Shown here piece by piece: positions 62,851 to 64,000 of a stretch of 64,000 bases of DNA. The stretch is from Lama glama (Eukaryota). The notes under the pieces were generated by a model that worked only from the letters and a program-made list of their open reading frames with translations, made no database searches and was not told where the DNA came from. The stretch is taken from assembly GCA_028534125.1 (NCBI GenBank), contig CM052818.1, positions 21,144,001 to 21,208,000 of the forward strand, read 5' to 3'. The position numbers and the translations under genes were made by a program. The stretch's first letter is position 1. Each line of letters begins with the position of its first letter.

Positions 62851-64000
62851 GAGGGCTGAGACATGAGTCCTTGGTGGGATCCCCTCCTCTTTGTCCGTCC
62901 TCCCCTCCCCCTTTATCCTGTGCTGCGGACAGGGCTGTCTGGTGGGCAGTAAATAAAGCATCATTCAGTTAACACAGGTTTACCTCTGGGGCTCTAGGAG
63001 GTCAGAAAAGAGGGGGAGCCTAGACCCTGCTCTTCAAAGACCAGAACAGACCAGGCCCATCCCTGGCTCGCTCCCCCACCGACATACACACACTTAGGGC
63101 CCCACTGGAAGGCCCCATCCCCTTCTCCACCTGCAGAGCTGCAGGTGATGCAAGCACTCAGATTCCACCTGAGCTAGGTGATTCTGTCAGTTTCAAGATA
63201 GGGTGTATGAAATACCCTACTGTCCTGAGGCAGAGCCATTGGTGACCCTGGAAAGGTGCCCTGAGACACCTGAACTGATGAGGGAGGTCACCAGTCCAGG
63301 CCTAAGGAGAGTGAAGCTTAATTAATAAGGAGGCCAACCAGGAATTGTGAGTCACTCCTCCCTTTCACTCCTGAGGGAAGAGCCAGGCCCTGATGGATTC
63401 GGGGTAGGGAGCTAAGGATTAGAAACAGAAAGGGTAAAGCTGAATAATTTCTAAAGCAGAATGATATAGGTATTCCTCCTGTACTCGGGTGCTCTGCAGG
63501 CAGTCAGTTTCACAAACCTCCTGTCATTTAATATTCACCATTGTTTAGGGTAGGCAGGAAAGTCATTCTTCTCCCCAGTTGACAAGTGAGGATGGGAGAC
63601 TAAGGAAGGTGGCATGTGTGACTTTCCTGAGGCCCCAGAGTTAGTGAAGGCTCTTTCCTCTATGCTCTGTTGTTGAGGTGACTTCTTGAGTTTGAGGGAA
63701 ATAGCAGATACCTAGCCAGACCAAAAAGTAAAGATTGTTCCCCTGGGGGCGGGGGGAGGGCATAGAAAGATGGTAGCCATCATGGAGAGCTGGATGCTGC
63801 TACAGAGACTTCAAGGAAATGTACCTTAAAGGCAGAACAGCCTACCCTGAAAATCACTACAGAAATGCCTAATCACTAAAAGAAACAGGTGTCTTCTGAC
63901 AAGCCACTTCCATACCTTCCCCAAGGGACATGAGCAGAACTGAGAACTAGAGTTTTGCTCTTTCACTGGGCTCAAGACCTGCCTGTTAAGGCTACCAGCA

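Noticed and set aside
57500..64000. Search for CTCF sites of the SIX2/SIX3 boundary
   Set aside because: Only weak partial matches were seen by eye (e.g. CCACTAGACGG near 59750); not supportable without a PWM scan.

Overview
Mammalian genomic DNA, most likely camelid: it carries two tRNA-derived SINEs of the camelid Vic-1 type and no Alu, B1 or Bov-A elements that I could see. The only supportable protein-coding gene is SIX2 on the + strand, with two coding exons (53538-54097 and 56230-56560, 296 aa). It sits in CpG islands, with a CCAAT/TATA-like promoter near 53040-53200 and poly(A) signals at 56814 and 57447. The preceding ~53 kb is a gene desert of old interspersed repeats (MIR, L2, L1, MaLR/ERVL/ERV1 LTRs, hAT MITEs), interrupted by repeat-free, motif-dense blocks that look like developmental enhancers. 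The most notable observations are: (1) a three-layer nested insertion at 30.3-32.1 kb, where an L1 3' end contains what looks like an L1-retroposed, polyadenylated ERV transcript plus a separate solo LTR, each with its own target-site duplication (TSD); (2) tandem 5' splice sites and two uORFs in SIX2; (3) a cluster of SIX-binding motifs ~5.5 kb upstream, a candidate autoregulatory enhancer; (4) a perfect 25-bp inverted repeat; and (5) a candidate divergent promoter and CTCF sites. I see no evidence for a wholly new protein-coding system; the other ORFs in the track look spurious. Repeat family names come from recalled consensus sequences, and their boundaries are approximate.
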